The notes: generated by a model from the letters alone, not told the origin. DNA of 64,000 nucleotides from the human T2T-CHM13v2.0 reference genome, Homo sapiens (GCF_009914755.1 NC_060925.1); one strand, 5' to 3'. Positions 23,042 to 43,175 are shown, counted from the stretch's first letter. Translations and numbers: made by a program.

Positions 23042-24214
23042 GTGGGACCACAGGCTCTGGGCTGCAGCTGGGTGTTCTCATCCTCCAGTGTGGATGGCTC
23101 ACAGCAGAACTGAGTCCTAATAACCTCTTGTGAATGCTGCAGAACTCTCTCTCTGTCTCTCTGTCCCGCTCCCCCAACTGCTGCACGAGTCCAGAGATGC
23201 AGCTGGCCAGCACCACCCAGAAGGACCCCAAACAGAACAGCTGGCTGTCTTGGAACATTCCCGTGGCTCCCTCTGCCCTGTCCCTCTCACCGTGGCTCCT
23301 GGAAGTGCTCTATGGCCTATTGAAAGGATGCCCCTACAAAGCTTCCCCTGGTTCCCCCACCTGAAAAGTGATTTCTCCTCTTCCAAATTCCCACACACTT
23401 TATCTGAACCTTTTTGAAGACACCTGCCTCACTTGCTAGTTTGGCCAATGTTTATGGAGTTCTCTGCACTGGAGGCTGGGGGCACAATATAAGACATGGC
23501 TGGGCGGCAGCAAACATAGCATATGTGTGGCCAGGGCTGTCACTGAGACATGCAGGGACATGGGGATGATGGCTCTGCCTGGAGAAGGCTTCACAGAGAA
23601 AGTGACCACTGAACTGCCTGGGGACCTGGGGGCTTCCGGGCTCTGTCCCACTCTACTCTCTCACCACCCAGTGCCTTATATTGGAGTTCTCTCCTGGGGC
23701 CAGAGCATTGCTCAAAGCATGGTCCACATCCACTCCATCTCCCTGCCACCCTGACACCTGCACACCCAGAACAGAGTCAGCACTCACAGCATAAATGAAT
23801 GGATAAAATACAGCAAAAAGAACAAATTGCTTTCTGTCCTCTTCCCCCAGCAACTTGAGATCTTCTAGAGACCCAGGAGTATGTTGCTTCTACTTCAGGC
23901 TGGGGAGAGGCGAGCTCCCCAAAACGATAGAGGAGATGAAGATATCAACCAGCCAAATTCCTGTTCACAATCAGCCTGTTGTGAGCTCTCCTGGGGGATC
24001 AGCAGTGGCTGGGAGGTTGGATGTGTGATAGGATGGGGTGGGTTTATGGAGAGTGTTTGTTCCAGACATGACACAGGGGAAAGGCTCACAGGGTTCAACC
24101 TGATGAGCAGGTGCAAAAGATAAGGCCCCTATTAAAGCTAATTTGCTAAGATTTTGATTTTAGCAAAAACAAATGATCAGTTTTTTGGATGTCTCAAATA
24201 TGTTTGATATTTTT

Positions 24215-30362
<6,148 letters not shown>

Positions 30363-30843
30363 TTTTTGTAAAAACGTTAATTATCTAATACAGATTATAT
30401 AATTAATTTAATAAAGAACCTCAATACAAAAAAAGAAATTTATATGTATTCTCTATGGTCAGGCACAAATTTATGAATGCACGTGTATATAAATAAATTT
30501 AAGTGTGTCCTTCAAATATTTTGTATCAGGAATCAGCAAATTATGGTCTTAAAGCCAAATCCAGCTGGCCAACCAATTCTGGAGATTAGTGTTTACTAGA
30601 AACAGCTGTCTTCATCCACGGGGCCCTTATGTCCAGGGCTGCTTCTGGGCTGTGGCAGCATCTGCCCGCCCTGCTCTGCACCATTACTGGTGTTTTGTTA
30701 TCTGACGACTCTGTTGAGTTCCTGGGCAGACTCTGCCAGAAACTGCCAAGTGATATAAATTTGTCAGTTTTCATTAATTTATTTCAATGTTTGCTTTGTA
30801 TAATTCAATATTATGTTCTTGTGTATATAAGGATAAGACTATT

Positions 30844-31156
30844 GCCAGGTGCAGTGGCTCACAACTGTAATCCCAGCACTTTGGGAGGCCGAGATGAGTG
30901 GATCGCTTGAGGTCAGGAGTTCGAGACCAGCCCGGCCAACATGATGAAACCCCATTTCTATTAAAAATACAAAAATTAGCTGGATATAGTGGCAGGCGCC
31001 TATAATCCCAGCTACTCAGAAGGCCGAGGCAGGAGAATCGCTTGAACCTAGGAGGAGGAGATTGCAGCGAGCCAAGATGACACCACTGCACTCTAACCTG
31101 GGCTGCAAGAGCAAAAGTGTGTCTCATAAAAAAGAAAAAACAAGAAAGAAAAAAAA
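30844..31156 (+). mobile_element. Alu (AluS-like) with TSD gataagactatt
   Basis: Dimeric Alu. The TSD is at 30832-30843 and 31157-31168. Confidence 0.92.
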
Positions 31157-31329
31157 GATAAGACTATTGCATCTTGGTGACTTGCACACTAATCAATAGG
31201 AAATATTCTTCTTTTTCATTTAATCCCTTTTCTTAGAATTCTTTGTTGTCTTGTATTAATATTGTTGTCCCTGATTCCTTTTGTATTGCATTTCTTCTGT
31301 TCCTTTTTTTTATAAACAGTGATGATATG

Positions 31330-32360
31330 TAACTCAAAATGAATCATAGACCTACATGCAAAACATAATATTACAAAACTCCTAGATGGTAGCATAAGAG
31401 GAAATTTGATCATCTTGGTTTTGGTGATGACTTTTTAGATGCAACACCAAGGCACAATCCATGAAAGAAATAATTCATAAGCTGGACTTCTTTAAAATTT
31501 AACATTTCTGCTTTGTGAAAGATATTGTCAAGAGAATGAAAAGATAAGCCACAGACTGGGAGAAAATATTTACAAAAGACATATCAGACTTTGTATGTTA
31601 TCCAAAACGTACAAAGAACTCTTAAAACTCAGAGATAAGAACACAAACCAAACAATTAGAAAATGGGCCAAAGACCTTAACAGACATCTCATCAAAGAAG
31701 ATACAGAAGGTGACAAATAAGCATATCAGCTGATGCTCCACATCATATGTCCTCAAGGAAATGCAAATTAAAACAACAATGAGATACCAGTACACACTTA
31801 TGAGAATGCCCAAAATCTGGAACACTGACAGCACCAAATGCTAAAGAAGGATGTGGAGCAACAGGAACTCTCATTCATTGATGGCAGGAACACAAAATAG
31901 TACAGCCACTTGGGAAGACAGTTTGGTGCTTTCTTAAAAAACTAAACATACTCTTACCATAGGATCCAGAAATCACACTCTTCGGGATTTACCCAAAAGA
32001 ACTGAAAGCTTATGTCCACACAAAAACCTGCATACACATGTATATGAACACATTGCACAGTGGTGAAGTCCGGGCTTTTAATGCAGCCATCCTAAATAAC
32101 ACGCATTGTACCCACTAAGAAATGTCTCCTCCTTCACCCACCACCTGACCTCCTGCTCTTCACTGTCTCCAGTGTCTATGATTCTACTCTCTCTCTACCT
32201 CCATCTGTATGCATGATGTACCTCCCACTTACACATGAGGGTGCACAGTGTTTGACTTTCTTTTTCTGAGTAATTTCACTTAAGATAATAGCCTCCAGTT
32301 CCATCCATGTTGCTGCAAAAGTCATCATTTCATTCTTTTTATGGTTGAGTAGTATTCGTC
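31330..32360. mobile_element. L1M fragments (+ strand 31330-32040; - strand 3'UTR piece 32040-32360)
   Basis: gaaatgcaaattaaaacaacaatgagatacc on the + strand. The minus strand translates to FAATWMELEAIILSEITQ. Confidence 0.8.
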
Positions 32361-32428
32361 TGTGTGTGTGTGTATGTGTGCGTTTGTGTGTGTGTTTGTG
32401 TGTGTGTGCGTGTGTGTGTGTGTGTGTA
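32361..32428. repeat. (TG)n microsatellite
   Basis: Imperfect TG run about 1.3 kb upstream of S100A7A. Confidence 0.9.
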
Positions 32429-33715
32429 TCTTTTGCCGCTAAAAGTAATATTGCCGTCATATGGGAAACTGGGAGAGGGAGAAACAGGTCCCCCTGGTTA
32501 CATAAGAACTGACAGAGAAGGAAGTTGAAGAAAGATGATGGGTGGAGAAAATAGGTCCCACCTAGGGAGACATCACATCAGCTCTATGGAGCCCCAGAGT
32601 GCTTAAAGGGCTGGCACTAAATGAACCAGGACCTCTTGCGGCCTACAAGGAACATTGTAAGGGGGTAGCAGAAAAAGTCCATTTCAGTGATTCATCATCT
32701 CCTTTTCCTCACCATGCCCCAGGGACTCCTGTGCCTTCCCAACCCTCTTGCCCCTACCTGGTTCAGGCTTTCCACAGCAGGTTAGGGCACATTATAGCCA
32801 AGGGCACAACTCCCAACTCCTACACAGGCTGTTTTGCATAGGAGGAGGAAAAACACTGAAGACTTTCTGGGAAGTTAGTGCCATGGGGCAGGAAAGAACT
32901 TTTCCCACTCCCTACCTCCAGGCTCATTCCATGGGGCGGGGGGGGCGGGGGTCACTCCACCACTCAACCTAGATAGTGAGGCCCCTGACCCCAGTCCCCC
33001 CACCTAAATCCAGGGCTTCTGTGAGGGGCTGACCAATGGTTAGCAATGAAGTAATCCTGCTTCCCTCCCTGGACTTTGAGTTCCCATAGGGCAGACCCTG
33101 ATGCAACCCAAGACCTATAGCACAGGGGATAAGAGTAAGGATTTGATTCAGGCTTTTCTTTGTTCGTGTGATGATTTGTTGTGTTTACTAGCTGAGTAAA
33201 CTTGGGAACATCTCAACTTCTCCTTTCCTAAAATAGAGATTGCAGCACCTGCTTCTTAAGACTATGAGGGGAGGGTTGAGGAGGATGCAAGAGCAGCAGG
33301 TGTCTTGATGTCTAGACATTAAAACGCTCAGTAAGCGGTGGGGGTCATAGAACAGGCTGTCACAACAAATGTGTGGAAGTACTGGGGGAGGGAATAAACA
33401 AGACCATGCTGCCTTTGGGAGTCTGAAACTCCATTCTCTTTGGGTCCAGAGGCCCAGTGCTCTTTTCTCCCATTTCCTGACCTGTTACTACACATGTACC
33501 GCTGCCTTACCCTCAAATCAAGATTGAGCCAGAGAAGGCCCCAGGTGAGGTCTCTGGGGTGGGGTGGGACCTGGTGACCTGGGACCCTGGCCAGAAATCC
33601 TGAGCACAGCCTCCTGGGTGTGTCCCACACACCTGATATGGGACAAGCCTCCAAGAAACAGATGACAGAGGTGGCCCCAGGCCTCCCAACCCGTGGGAAG
33701 AGCCAGGCTGAGCCT

Positions 33716-33787
33716 TATAAAGGACTGCTCTTTGTCCAAACACACACATCTCACTCATCCTTCTACTCGTGACACTTCCCAGTTCTG
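33716..33787 (+). promoter_or_regulatory. S100A7A: S100A7A TATA box (33716-33721) and non-coding exon 1 (ends at 33787)
   Basis: TATAAA followed by donor CTG|GTAAGT. The arrangement is mirrored in S100A7L2 at 57160-57232. Confidence 0.9.
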
Positions 33788-35307
33788 GTAAGTCTCACCT
33801 GCCTCTTTGCATTTTCTAGAAGTGCCCAGTGCCCAGCCTGCCATGCTGCCTGTAGGAAGGGAAAGGGCTGTGGACAAAGTCTCAGAAGCCTGGGTCTAGG
33901 CCAGCTCTGCCATTAGCTGGGCTGTGTGACCTTCACTTGACCCCAAAAGCCCACGTCTGTACAACCAGGTGGCTGAACCAGACCTGTCCATTGCTCCTTT
34001 GGGATCTCCTGAGACAACTCCTGTGGAAATGTCCCCAGTGGGACCTGAGCACAGGACCCTCCCTTTCCTTCCTGTCTTCTTCCTCCCTGGATTCATTCTC
34101 CTTTTGGGATCCCAGTTGCTGAATCCCCTCCCCAGCTCTGCCCCCACAGAGGGAGGAGGGATAAGGATCCCCTGTGAATGCTTTGGAGGCTCTCCAAACC
34201 CCCAGGCCTTGGACCTGTAAATTCTCAGTCAATCTCTGGGCACAGGGCTTGGCCTCTGGCCTTGGCCTTGGCCTCAGATTCAGAAAGCTTTGAGTGGCTT
34301 CTCTTAGTCAGTTGCTGGCACGGAGCTTTCTCCTGCGTTGAGAGGTGTTGGGGGTTTATTGTCAGATGCCCACATGCGTTAGCCAAGGTCCTTTTCTGGT
34401 TCTTTGGAAAGTGTAGAAATGAGAGCTGCACTGTCTTATTTTTCAGGCTTGGGGTGCAGGGCAGCCCAGGCTGGCTACTGGCTGGAAGATCTGCTTTGGA
34501 AAGTCAGACATTTTTATTTAAACAGGGTCAACCCTTGGTGATTCAGAGGGTGCAGATATTTCCCAAGAGCAGACATGAAGCGACTCCCACCTCACTCCCA
34601 CCCCATCCAGCAGCTTAAGAACCAGGGAGTTATTTCTGTTCCTTGTAACAGAGGCAATTCTTGTTTCTCATTCCCAAGGGAATGTAGGAAGGGCCCCCTG
34701 TCCTCGGGAGAGGGCTGTGTTTCCTGCTCACACTCATGTCCACGCTCACATGTGCACCTGGAGCCTGCACACACCGTGTCATGCAGGGCTTGCACTTGAG
34801 TCAAGGTGGGGCCCACGGTGTCTGGTTCCTGAAGCAGCCGAGGAGGGTCAGACACCAGATCACCAAGGCCATTGTCCTGCCCCCGTGACTCTCACCCCGA
34901 CTGTGAAGCTGGAGGAGATGGATTTGGTGCTGTTTCAAGAGTGGGGTCCGCCATGTGCTGGTTGAGGCTGGGGGGTCCCAGCTTAGTTCTTCTATGTGTT
35001 GCTGGCCTCCGACTCTCCCTGCTTCTCCTTCTCTGAAGCACTGTCCACAGCTGGACTTCTGCCATCCACCTGCATCTCTTCTTGGCCCTGGCCAGGATGG
35101 GCCGGGTCTCAGACTTGGTCCTACCCTCTCATTTTTGAACAACTTATCCCATCACATTTAAAAAAAATCAAGTTCCTTCTGCTCCATCTTAGGGCTGTTT
35201 TTACTCTGTCCTCAGCCCTCCTTCTAACACCCCCACATAGAGACCTTAATTCAAACTAAGGTAAGAAATGATTGTCTTTATTTCCTGAAGGCTTTTTGAA
35301 AGCAAAG

Positions 35308-36534
35308 ATGAGCAACACTCAAGCTGAGAGGTCCATAATAGGCATGATCGACATGTTTCACAAATACACCGGACGTGATGGCAAGATTGAGAAGCCAAGC
35401 CTGCTGACGATGATGAAGGAGAACTTCCCCAATTTCCTCAGTGCCTGTGTGAGTTGGGGTCTAGCTTCTCAATGTTGGTTGGACCCTGGCATGGCTGAGG
35501 ATACATTTTGCTATGTGGCCTTGGACAGGTCACCCTCATCCTCTGATTAAAAAGTTTCCCATTTGCAAATAGGGCTTTATTGCTTGGATCATATGTGAAT
35601 CTAAGGATGGTAGGCGAAAAAGTATGAAAATGGGAAAGAGTTATACAGATATAAAGGAGGTTATTAGATGGTCAGCAAAGTGTGCAGCTTGAGGACAGTG
35701 CACAGTCCCCTCCCAGCGCTCACTGACCCTCTCTCTGTGAGACTGAAACTCACATGCTCAGGTCCTGCTTCCCAAAGGCCCCACATCAACATCCCTGAGA
35801 TTACTGGGAAAGCACTAGAAGTTCCATTGCTAGTAGAAATCAATAGCCCTCTTTGCAATAAAGAAAACTCATTGGCAAATCTGAAAAAACCTGTGGGCTA
35901 CTAGGTACCAAAGGGTCTAGATGACCAAGAGTAGGGAACCCAGAAGATGAGTTTGGTGGAAAAGGAGAAGAAAGGAGAGGAGGTCAGAGAAAGAAGAGAA
36001 CAAAGCATGAGGGCCAATTTTGAGGCCCTGGGGTAGAACTAAGGTAGGCAGTGCCCTTAAATGCTGGGAACAGGCAAGATTGAGGCTGGGGCAGGGGACT
36101 GCTCTCCCCAAGGTCACTTAACAGAGTGCCTCGGGACAGGACCTGCCTCCCATCCTGAGGTGTGAGACAAAAAGTCTCCTTAGAGAACTCCAGGGATAAC
36201 ACTCACGTCCTCACCCCAACTTCACCCACTCACCCTGTGCTCTCAGCCCCACGACCATGCCTGTGCAGATCTAGGTACTTGTCTGTATCTCTGCCTCCTC
36301 CTCTCCCCTCCCAGCCCAAAACTTGTTTGTGATTGAATTTTTCTATTTTGTATGTTTTTCTCTTCACAGGACAAAAAGGGCATACATTACCTCGCCACTG
36401 TCTTTGAGAAAAAGGACAAGAATGAGGATAAGAAGATTGATTTTTCTGAGTTTCTGTCCTTGCTGGGAGACATAGCCGCAGACTACCACAAGCAGAGCCA
36501 TGGAGCGGCGCCCTGTTCTGGGGGAAGCCAGTGA
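35308..36534 (+). CDS. S100A7A: S100 calcium-binding protein A7A (koebnerisin, hS100A15), 101 aa; join(35308..35448, 36370..36534)
   Basis: [47 protein letters not shown] + [54 protein letters not shown]. The GRDG and GIHYLATVF segments distinguish it from S100A7. The intron is canonical GT-AG. Confidence 0.98.
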
Positions 36535-39500
36535 TCCAGCCCCACCAAGGGGCCTCCAGAGACCCCAGGAACAATAAGTGTCTCCTCCCACCAGACACTT
36601 GCCTTATTTCTTCTTCTCTTTGGTGACCTACATTGTCAAAACTACCAATTCCAGGTTAACTTTGTTGGAGAATTTCCCCCACCCCCATCCAGTGGGTCAC
36701 CCAGGAGTAATGTCCCTCCAGCAACGTTCCCCCTATGGCCTCCAGCAGAGCTGATCTGCCTCTCACACAGGTCCTGGTGTCTGCCTCTGCACCGTTCCCT
36801 AAATGCAGCCACCTTGGCAGGTTCCAGGTGGAAGTTGGTAGAAGGCCCCTGCCAGGTCACAGCAATGCTCTCCTTGTCAAGGCATGGACCAGGGTCATTC
36901 AGACACATTCAGATACTGCACTGAGAAGGAGCTGGCATCTCTCAGTGTGCTCCTGCCCTCCCACTCCTGCCCCAGCTGTTCTCCAGGGCTTGGGGAAACA
37001 GAAACCACTCACATAGGGATTCCTGGATGGCTTCAGGTTCAGCGCCCTTGGGGCTATGAATGGGAGGCTCAGCAGTGCCCTGAGGATGGGCTTCCTTGTC
37101 CTGTGGCCTCTGCTCCAGGGGCAGTGTCCTTTCCCTGTGCTGTGTGCTTGTGTGCATGTGCCTATGTGGGTGACCCTGTGGAAGTGAGAAGGAGTCACTG
37201 TGATGCTTAGCTGTCCTAAATGATGGTTTGCTCAATGCCAGGACTGGGTTTCTGGTGATGAATGAATATTCCAGATTTTGAGGAGCTCTAAGTGGTCCAG
37301 GAGTCCAAGTAAGCAGTCTGGCTGGAATAAGGCAGCATCACGGAAATTCTGTAAGGACTGACACAGAGAGCTCATGCTGACTGTGATGAGAAATTGCAGC
37401 ACCTCTATCTCGCAGGTAATGGAGTAGTTTGTTATTGGTAGTCTACTCCAGGCCAGGCAGTGTGTTATGGGCTGAGGATGCAGAAACAGGCAGGACACAG
37501 TGCTGTCCTAGCAGTGCACTGGCGGGTCTCTCCATGCAGGCCACAACACAGGGTCAGTGTTCACCTGGTGTCACTTCCAGGCAATGTTCTGTGCAGCCGC
37601 TCTTAGTATTCTTCCTTGAGGCTCACATCATGTGTCCCTATCACTCTTACTACTCTGGTCAGTCTCCAGCTAACCTCTCAATCAGGCAAACATTCTTCTT
37701 GGAGGAATCAGGCAAACATCTCAAAAATTCTCTTTCCATCCTACCAGCAGCAGTGTGTAAGATGGGCTATTTGTTCTTTGGAATGACTGCTCCACTCCAC
37801 ACTCACACCTCTATTCACAGACCAGCATCTCCTCTCCTTATCAGGAACATTCCTTCCTGAACATATTCTGCACCTCGTCAGCCTTCAGGACTGATCTGCC
37901 ATTTTCACCTCTAAATCCCCATGTCTGACCATTAGTTTTCTTCTCTTTCCTTCTCTCCCTTTCTCATTCTCATTCCACCTGTTCTTGGAACTCACGGAGA
38001 CCTACAGTCCCTGGGCTTTCATTTTCTCCTCCCAGCCCCCTGCTGCCTTCTCTATGCAGCCTGCCCTCCATCATCCACCCCAGAATTGCTCTCTTTCCTC
38101 TCTTAGCTCTGTTGCCCACTTTCCTTGGGCCATACCTTCCCTGCAGATCTCCAGCCCAGAACCATCTTCCCCTGTTGTCCTCCTCTCTCCTCCACCGGGA
38201 CTGCTGGTCACTGCTTAGAACCGTCATGCCAGGGTCCCAAAAGTGTGGGTGCCTGACTTCCTCTCTGTGCAGCACTCTCTGAATCCCTCCTATTCACCTT
38301 GCTGCTGTTATTCCCCGAATGCGCAACATACCCCCCATCAATATATCTCAGTATTTCATGTCTCAATACCAATCTTTTAAACTACTGCCTCTACCAGAAA
38401 TGTCTTTTAATACTTCTTCTGTCTCATTAACATTACATTTCAAGGCTGAGCTTTAATGTCAGTGTCTCTTAGACATTCAGAGGGTGAACCACCATCCCTT
38501 CACCCCAAAGAAATGATCTCTGCTTCATTTGTGCCTCCCTCACCATGACCCCACTCTTACCATAGTGGCTACATTACTTCAGATTCCCCTAATGTCTTTC
38601 CAGCCAGACTTGGAATCATGGAGGGAAAACATTGTTACCTCGGATCTCCTGGTTACCCAGCACATAGTAGTACTGGATTCCAGCTCATAATAAGTACTCT
38701 ATATCATTTTTCAATATAAAATGTATTTGTGCAAATTCTAGTCAATACTACTTTATGTAAACAGCAGTGTAAAATCCAAAAACTTCCAGTCCTGGAGGCA
38801 GGTTGTGCAGCTTAGGGGAGGACCCCAGAATCTGGACCCCAGAGTCTGGAAGCAGGCCAGAAAGGATAAGGCAAATGACTGAACAGTTCCCTCAGGACTC
38901 ACGTACTGATCTCCCAAAAGAAGAGAGGGTCTCCCTGGGGTGGGGTTGCTGGACCTTCAATCCATCGCTACAGTCCAGAAGGCAATTGGCCACTCCTAAT
39001 GTGGGCCTGCCCTCCCTTTATTTTTCCAGTTCTTATTTCACCTGATAATATTCCGTCCAATTGGCAATGGCACATAAAAATTAGGATGGAGTGTGTGGAC
39101 AAATACTTCTTCATCTTCTTGTCTAGGTTTTAGAAATCACCTTCTCAAGGGAGCCTTGTCTAATGTTCCTGAGACTATTTCACACTCTCCATGCTTATGT
39201 CAATGCAGGACTCATCACATCTATTCGGATATTCTGTTTACACACCCATGTCATCCCAGAGAGGTGATCACAGGGCAGGGACACATGTGTGGCATACAGT
39301 TCCTAGTTAAGATCCCAAATCCTGAGATATTGCTGATTTGCTATGGCAGGTCGTCAAGAGAACTGTGTCATTCCAAACTCACCAAGGTGGCTTATAGAAC
39401 AGAAGCAGATGGATATGAAGAGGAGAGGGGACCAGACCATCTCCGCAACCACAGCCCAGAGCTCCAGTCACCAGATAGAAAATTGATTTGATTTCATCCA

Positions 39501-40447
39501 ATATTCCTTCGAAAGAGTGTCAAGGAATAGGGTGGGGCAATGTGTCATTCTGCATTGGAAGGAGGACATTTTAGAGCAAGGCCTAAGGGCACAGGTATTA
39601 GTGTCATATTGATCAGAATTCAACCTTTGTTCTAACACATACTAGAGCAAGAATTTACTTGATTTGGAATAATTAATAGCTACTGGACATTATATTGGTA
39701 CTAAAGAGAAAGAATACTTGACAGCTCTATGCCCACACTCACATTACAGCTGATGTGAAAGAGATTCTGGAAATCCAAATGTTCCCCAGAAATTCTGATA
39801 TCAAAACATTCCAATAACTTTTTTTTTTCAGGCGCAGTCTCACTCTGTCGCCCGGGCTGGAGTGCTGTGAGCTGTCCGTGGTGCTGAATTCACTGTGACG
39901 TCACTCCTGTCTCTCTTTGCTTTCTTCTGACTGACATTTATTCAGCCTTCTCTACAGGAATCTCTTATGTTCCCCCACATGCAGGTGGTTTTTCAGTAGG
40001 CTCCTGAAGAGTGATCTCAACTTTCCAGGAAGAAAAGAGGGCAAAGGGAACAATGTGAAAAGAAGCAGAAAATCATAAAAGACCATGTGTTTGATAAACA
40101 ACCAGATTGTTTCTGGTTCCCTGCCACTATAAAAACACCATGAGAGCATACTCATACATGTTCCCTTATAAATCTGCGAGGTAGTTTCTTTGGTATTCTT
40201 GCCCAGGAAATGGGTTGATTCATCACAGATTTTATATATATACTTTTTTTTAACTAAGTGTGAGATAATATCTTATTGTTTTTGTAACTTGCATTTTACA
40301 AGAGTTCTGACCAGCACCAGATAAGCTTCAGTGCTCTCCTTTCTTTGGCCTTAATATTATTGGATTAAAGAATTACTGCCTCTCACTAGGAGCATCATTT
40401 ATTTACCATTATTTTCAATTTCATATTAAAACTCAATTTCTAGTAGA
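36535..40447 (+). other. S100A7A: S100A7A long 3'UTR (proximal signal is AATAAG at 36573-36578; candidate distal ATTAAA at 40425-40430)
   Basis: The degenerate proximal hexamer is seen directly. The distal ATTAAA is followed by a U/GU-rich tract, which agrees with the known long transcript form. The end position is inferred. Confidence 0.65.
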
Positions 40448-41859
40448 GTCTTTGGTTTCCTTGGTTTATTTTTCTATTTAAATATTTTTTATCTTTTATT
40501 ATTCTTTACCATGTTTTGAAGTAAATTAAAGCAGTTAATATGAGCCAATCAACTTCTTTGGGAATTACATAGAAGAGCATGAGAGCCTTTATTTCAGGCA
40601 ATGCAACAACGTAACTTTAAAGAAATTTAAAGTGGAACTCCAACTCATATCCACATTGCTCTATGCACAGTTAGCATTATTACATCCGAGCTACATTTAC
40701 TTCATAATCTGCTGCCACAGTATTTGTCTACCCACTTCTCCACGAATACCTTCCCTAACCTCATATTGCCTCCCACTCCTTAACACCACAAACAATACTA
40801 TGGGGAACATCATTATATATATTTCCTTATGTATCTGTGTGAATATTTTTTGGAATATATATATATATATTCCAAAAAGTAGACTACCTGGGACACAGAC
40901 TCTATGTGCTCTTGGCTTGACTATTGTTTTCTTACCAACAGTACCAAGAGTTCCTATAGCTCAGCATTACTGCCAATATGTCTGCTTCTGGTTATGGAAT
41001 ACTTTCATAGCAGACTAATTATCCTAACAAAACATAGAAAACGTGGATGAAAATCAGAAAATTTTCTGCTTCAAAGCATCAAAAAGCTACCAAGTAACCA
41101 GGACTTGAAGGCTCTGGTTATCCAAGAGAAAGAAGACTCGATCAATGCACTCAAAATTAAAGCTGCTTCTCTTCCTGAGGAATTTATCATTTCTCAAGTA
41201 GTTTGTACAAAGAAGTTAAAAACCAAACAGAAAGTAACTTCTAAGAGACAAAGAAGATTATTTGCGACTTTAATAGTCATTCAGGGCTGGTGAGATTAAA
41301 ATCAGTGTTGAGGACTTCCAACACAGCCAGAACTTGAAAAGCCAAGAATTTAGATAAAAGAGAAGCAACAAATGGTGAGTTGATTACTCTAATTTTCTCC
41401 CTTTGAGGCATGCGTCTTTTCACAAGTTGCACAGGACAAGAGGTACAGACCATCAGAAAATCTTTGTTAAAAACCTAAATAGCTAGTAAGAGCCTTTAGG
41501 AGATAAACATCAAAGCTCAGAGGATTTCCAAGGTAGAGGTACCCTTCTAAACATTCCAGGATTTCAGTTAGAACACCTAAAGTGCTACTCCTAGGAATAA
41601 GTATATGGATCAGAAATATAAATCCTAAAATTTAGTTTTGAATCAACTTTATCCTAGATTGGATTTAAATGATCTGCTACTTGAATTCCTTTCCAGAAGC
41701 TAAAGAAAATTCTCTAGAGGGAGAGAAAATCATCCATATCCTGAAATAAAAAAAATTCATTTTTAATGTTCAGCATTCAAAAAAGCCAAGTACACCAACA
41801 GAGAAGATAAAAATAGGAAATGGAAATAAGAGAAGACAATAGAAGATGTAAACAAACCG

Positions 41860-42290
41860 AGAGATGATAAGCCAGGCACAGAAAGATAAATATCACATGT
41901 TTTCACTCATCTGTGGGAGCTAAAAAAAAAAAAAGTTGGTCTCATGGAGGTAGGGAGAATGATGGTTACTAGAGGCTGGGAAAGGTGAGTGGGTGGGGTG
42001 AAGGGAGATTGGCTAAACAAATAGAAACATCTAGCTATATAGAAGGAATAAGATCTAATGTTTTATGGCAGAATAGGGCAACTATAGTTAACAAGAGTGT
42101 ATTGTATATTTCAAAATAGCTAGAAGAGAAGATTTCATATGTTCTCACCACATAGAAATGATAAATACTTGAGGTGATTGATGCCCTAAATACCATGACT
42201 TGATCATTATACATTCTGTGCATGTAACAAAATGTCACCCATGTACCCCATAAGTATGTAACAATATTAGACATCCATAAAAATTTTTTA
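41860..42290 (+). mobile_element. L1MA-type 3'UTR fragment
   Basis: ataagccaggcacagaaagataaatatcacatgtt...atttcaaaatagctagaagaga. Confidence 0.8.
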
Positions 42291-43175
42291 AATACTGTAA
42301 ATGGAAGCAGAGAATTGAGAAGATTGCAGAGGAGAGTGAAGTCAAAATAATTATTTAAGGTCAGACAAATAACAGTGTATTTGTATAGAATGAAAAGACC
42401 AGAAAACAGAAAAAAAATGATGGTGCATAAGAAAAAGAGGAGAATTTCTGTAGAGGGTGTTTGAAAAAAGCAAGGAGGATGGGATGTAGTGAAAGAGGAT
42501 GGATAGACATCTGCTGGGAACATAAAAAGTTCATAGTAGTGGGGGGAAGGCAGAGTGTATGGCCACTGATTCTGATAAGAGGGTAGATGGGGTAATTGAA
42601 GTATGCAAATACTCTCTTATTTGTATTGAATGTGCAGTTGGATTAGTGGTCATGAATTTGAAGTGTGACCAGTCAACAAGGTAAGCACATTTTTCTCCAG
42701 ACTTGTTTATCTGCAGAAGTGTAGACAGAGTTGGATTTACCCAGTGTTGGCAATGATCATTCATAGCTGATACAGAAGAAAAAGACACCCAGACATGTAC
42801 TCTTGATAGTAGACAACCCCACATTTGAAGCAATCTGCTTTAAAAAACCTGAACCCTGAAGATGCTTAAGGCTCTAGATCTACCGAGTTACAAAGGGAAG
42901 AGAGAGGCTGAGTAATCTGTTCATTGACACCACATGGATGCAATCAGGAACTCCACACTGTAGGAAATTCTACAGGACAAATGACCCAGTTTCTACAACA
43001 ACAACATCAAAATGAAAGGAGAAAAAGAAGAAATTGAGAGTGAAGCTGCACATTTAAAAATCTTGGCTGAGTGCAGTGTCTCACGCCTGTAATCCCAGCA
43101 CTTTGGGAGACTGAGGCGGGTGGATCAAGTGGGTAATCCTAATTAAATATTTGTTAAATCAAAAATAATAATTCC

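Noticed and set aside
32933-32951. G-rich tract upstream of S100A7A (possible G-quadruplex)
   Set aside because: Short, common motif with no supporting evidence.
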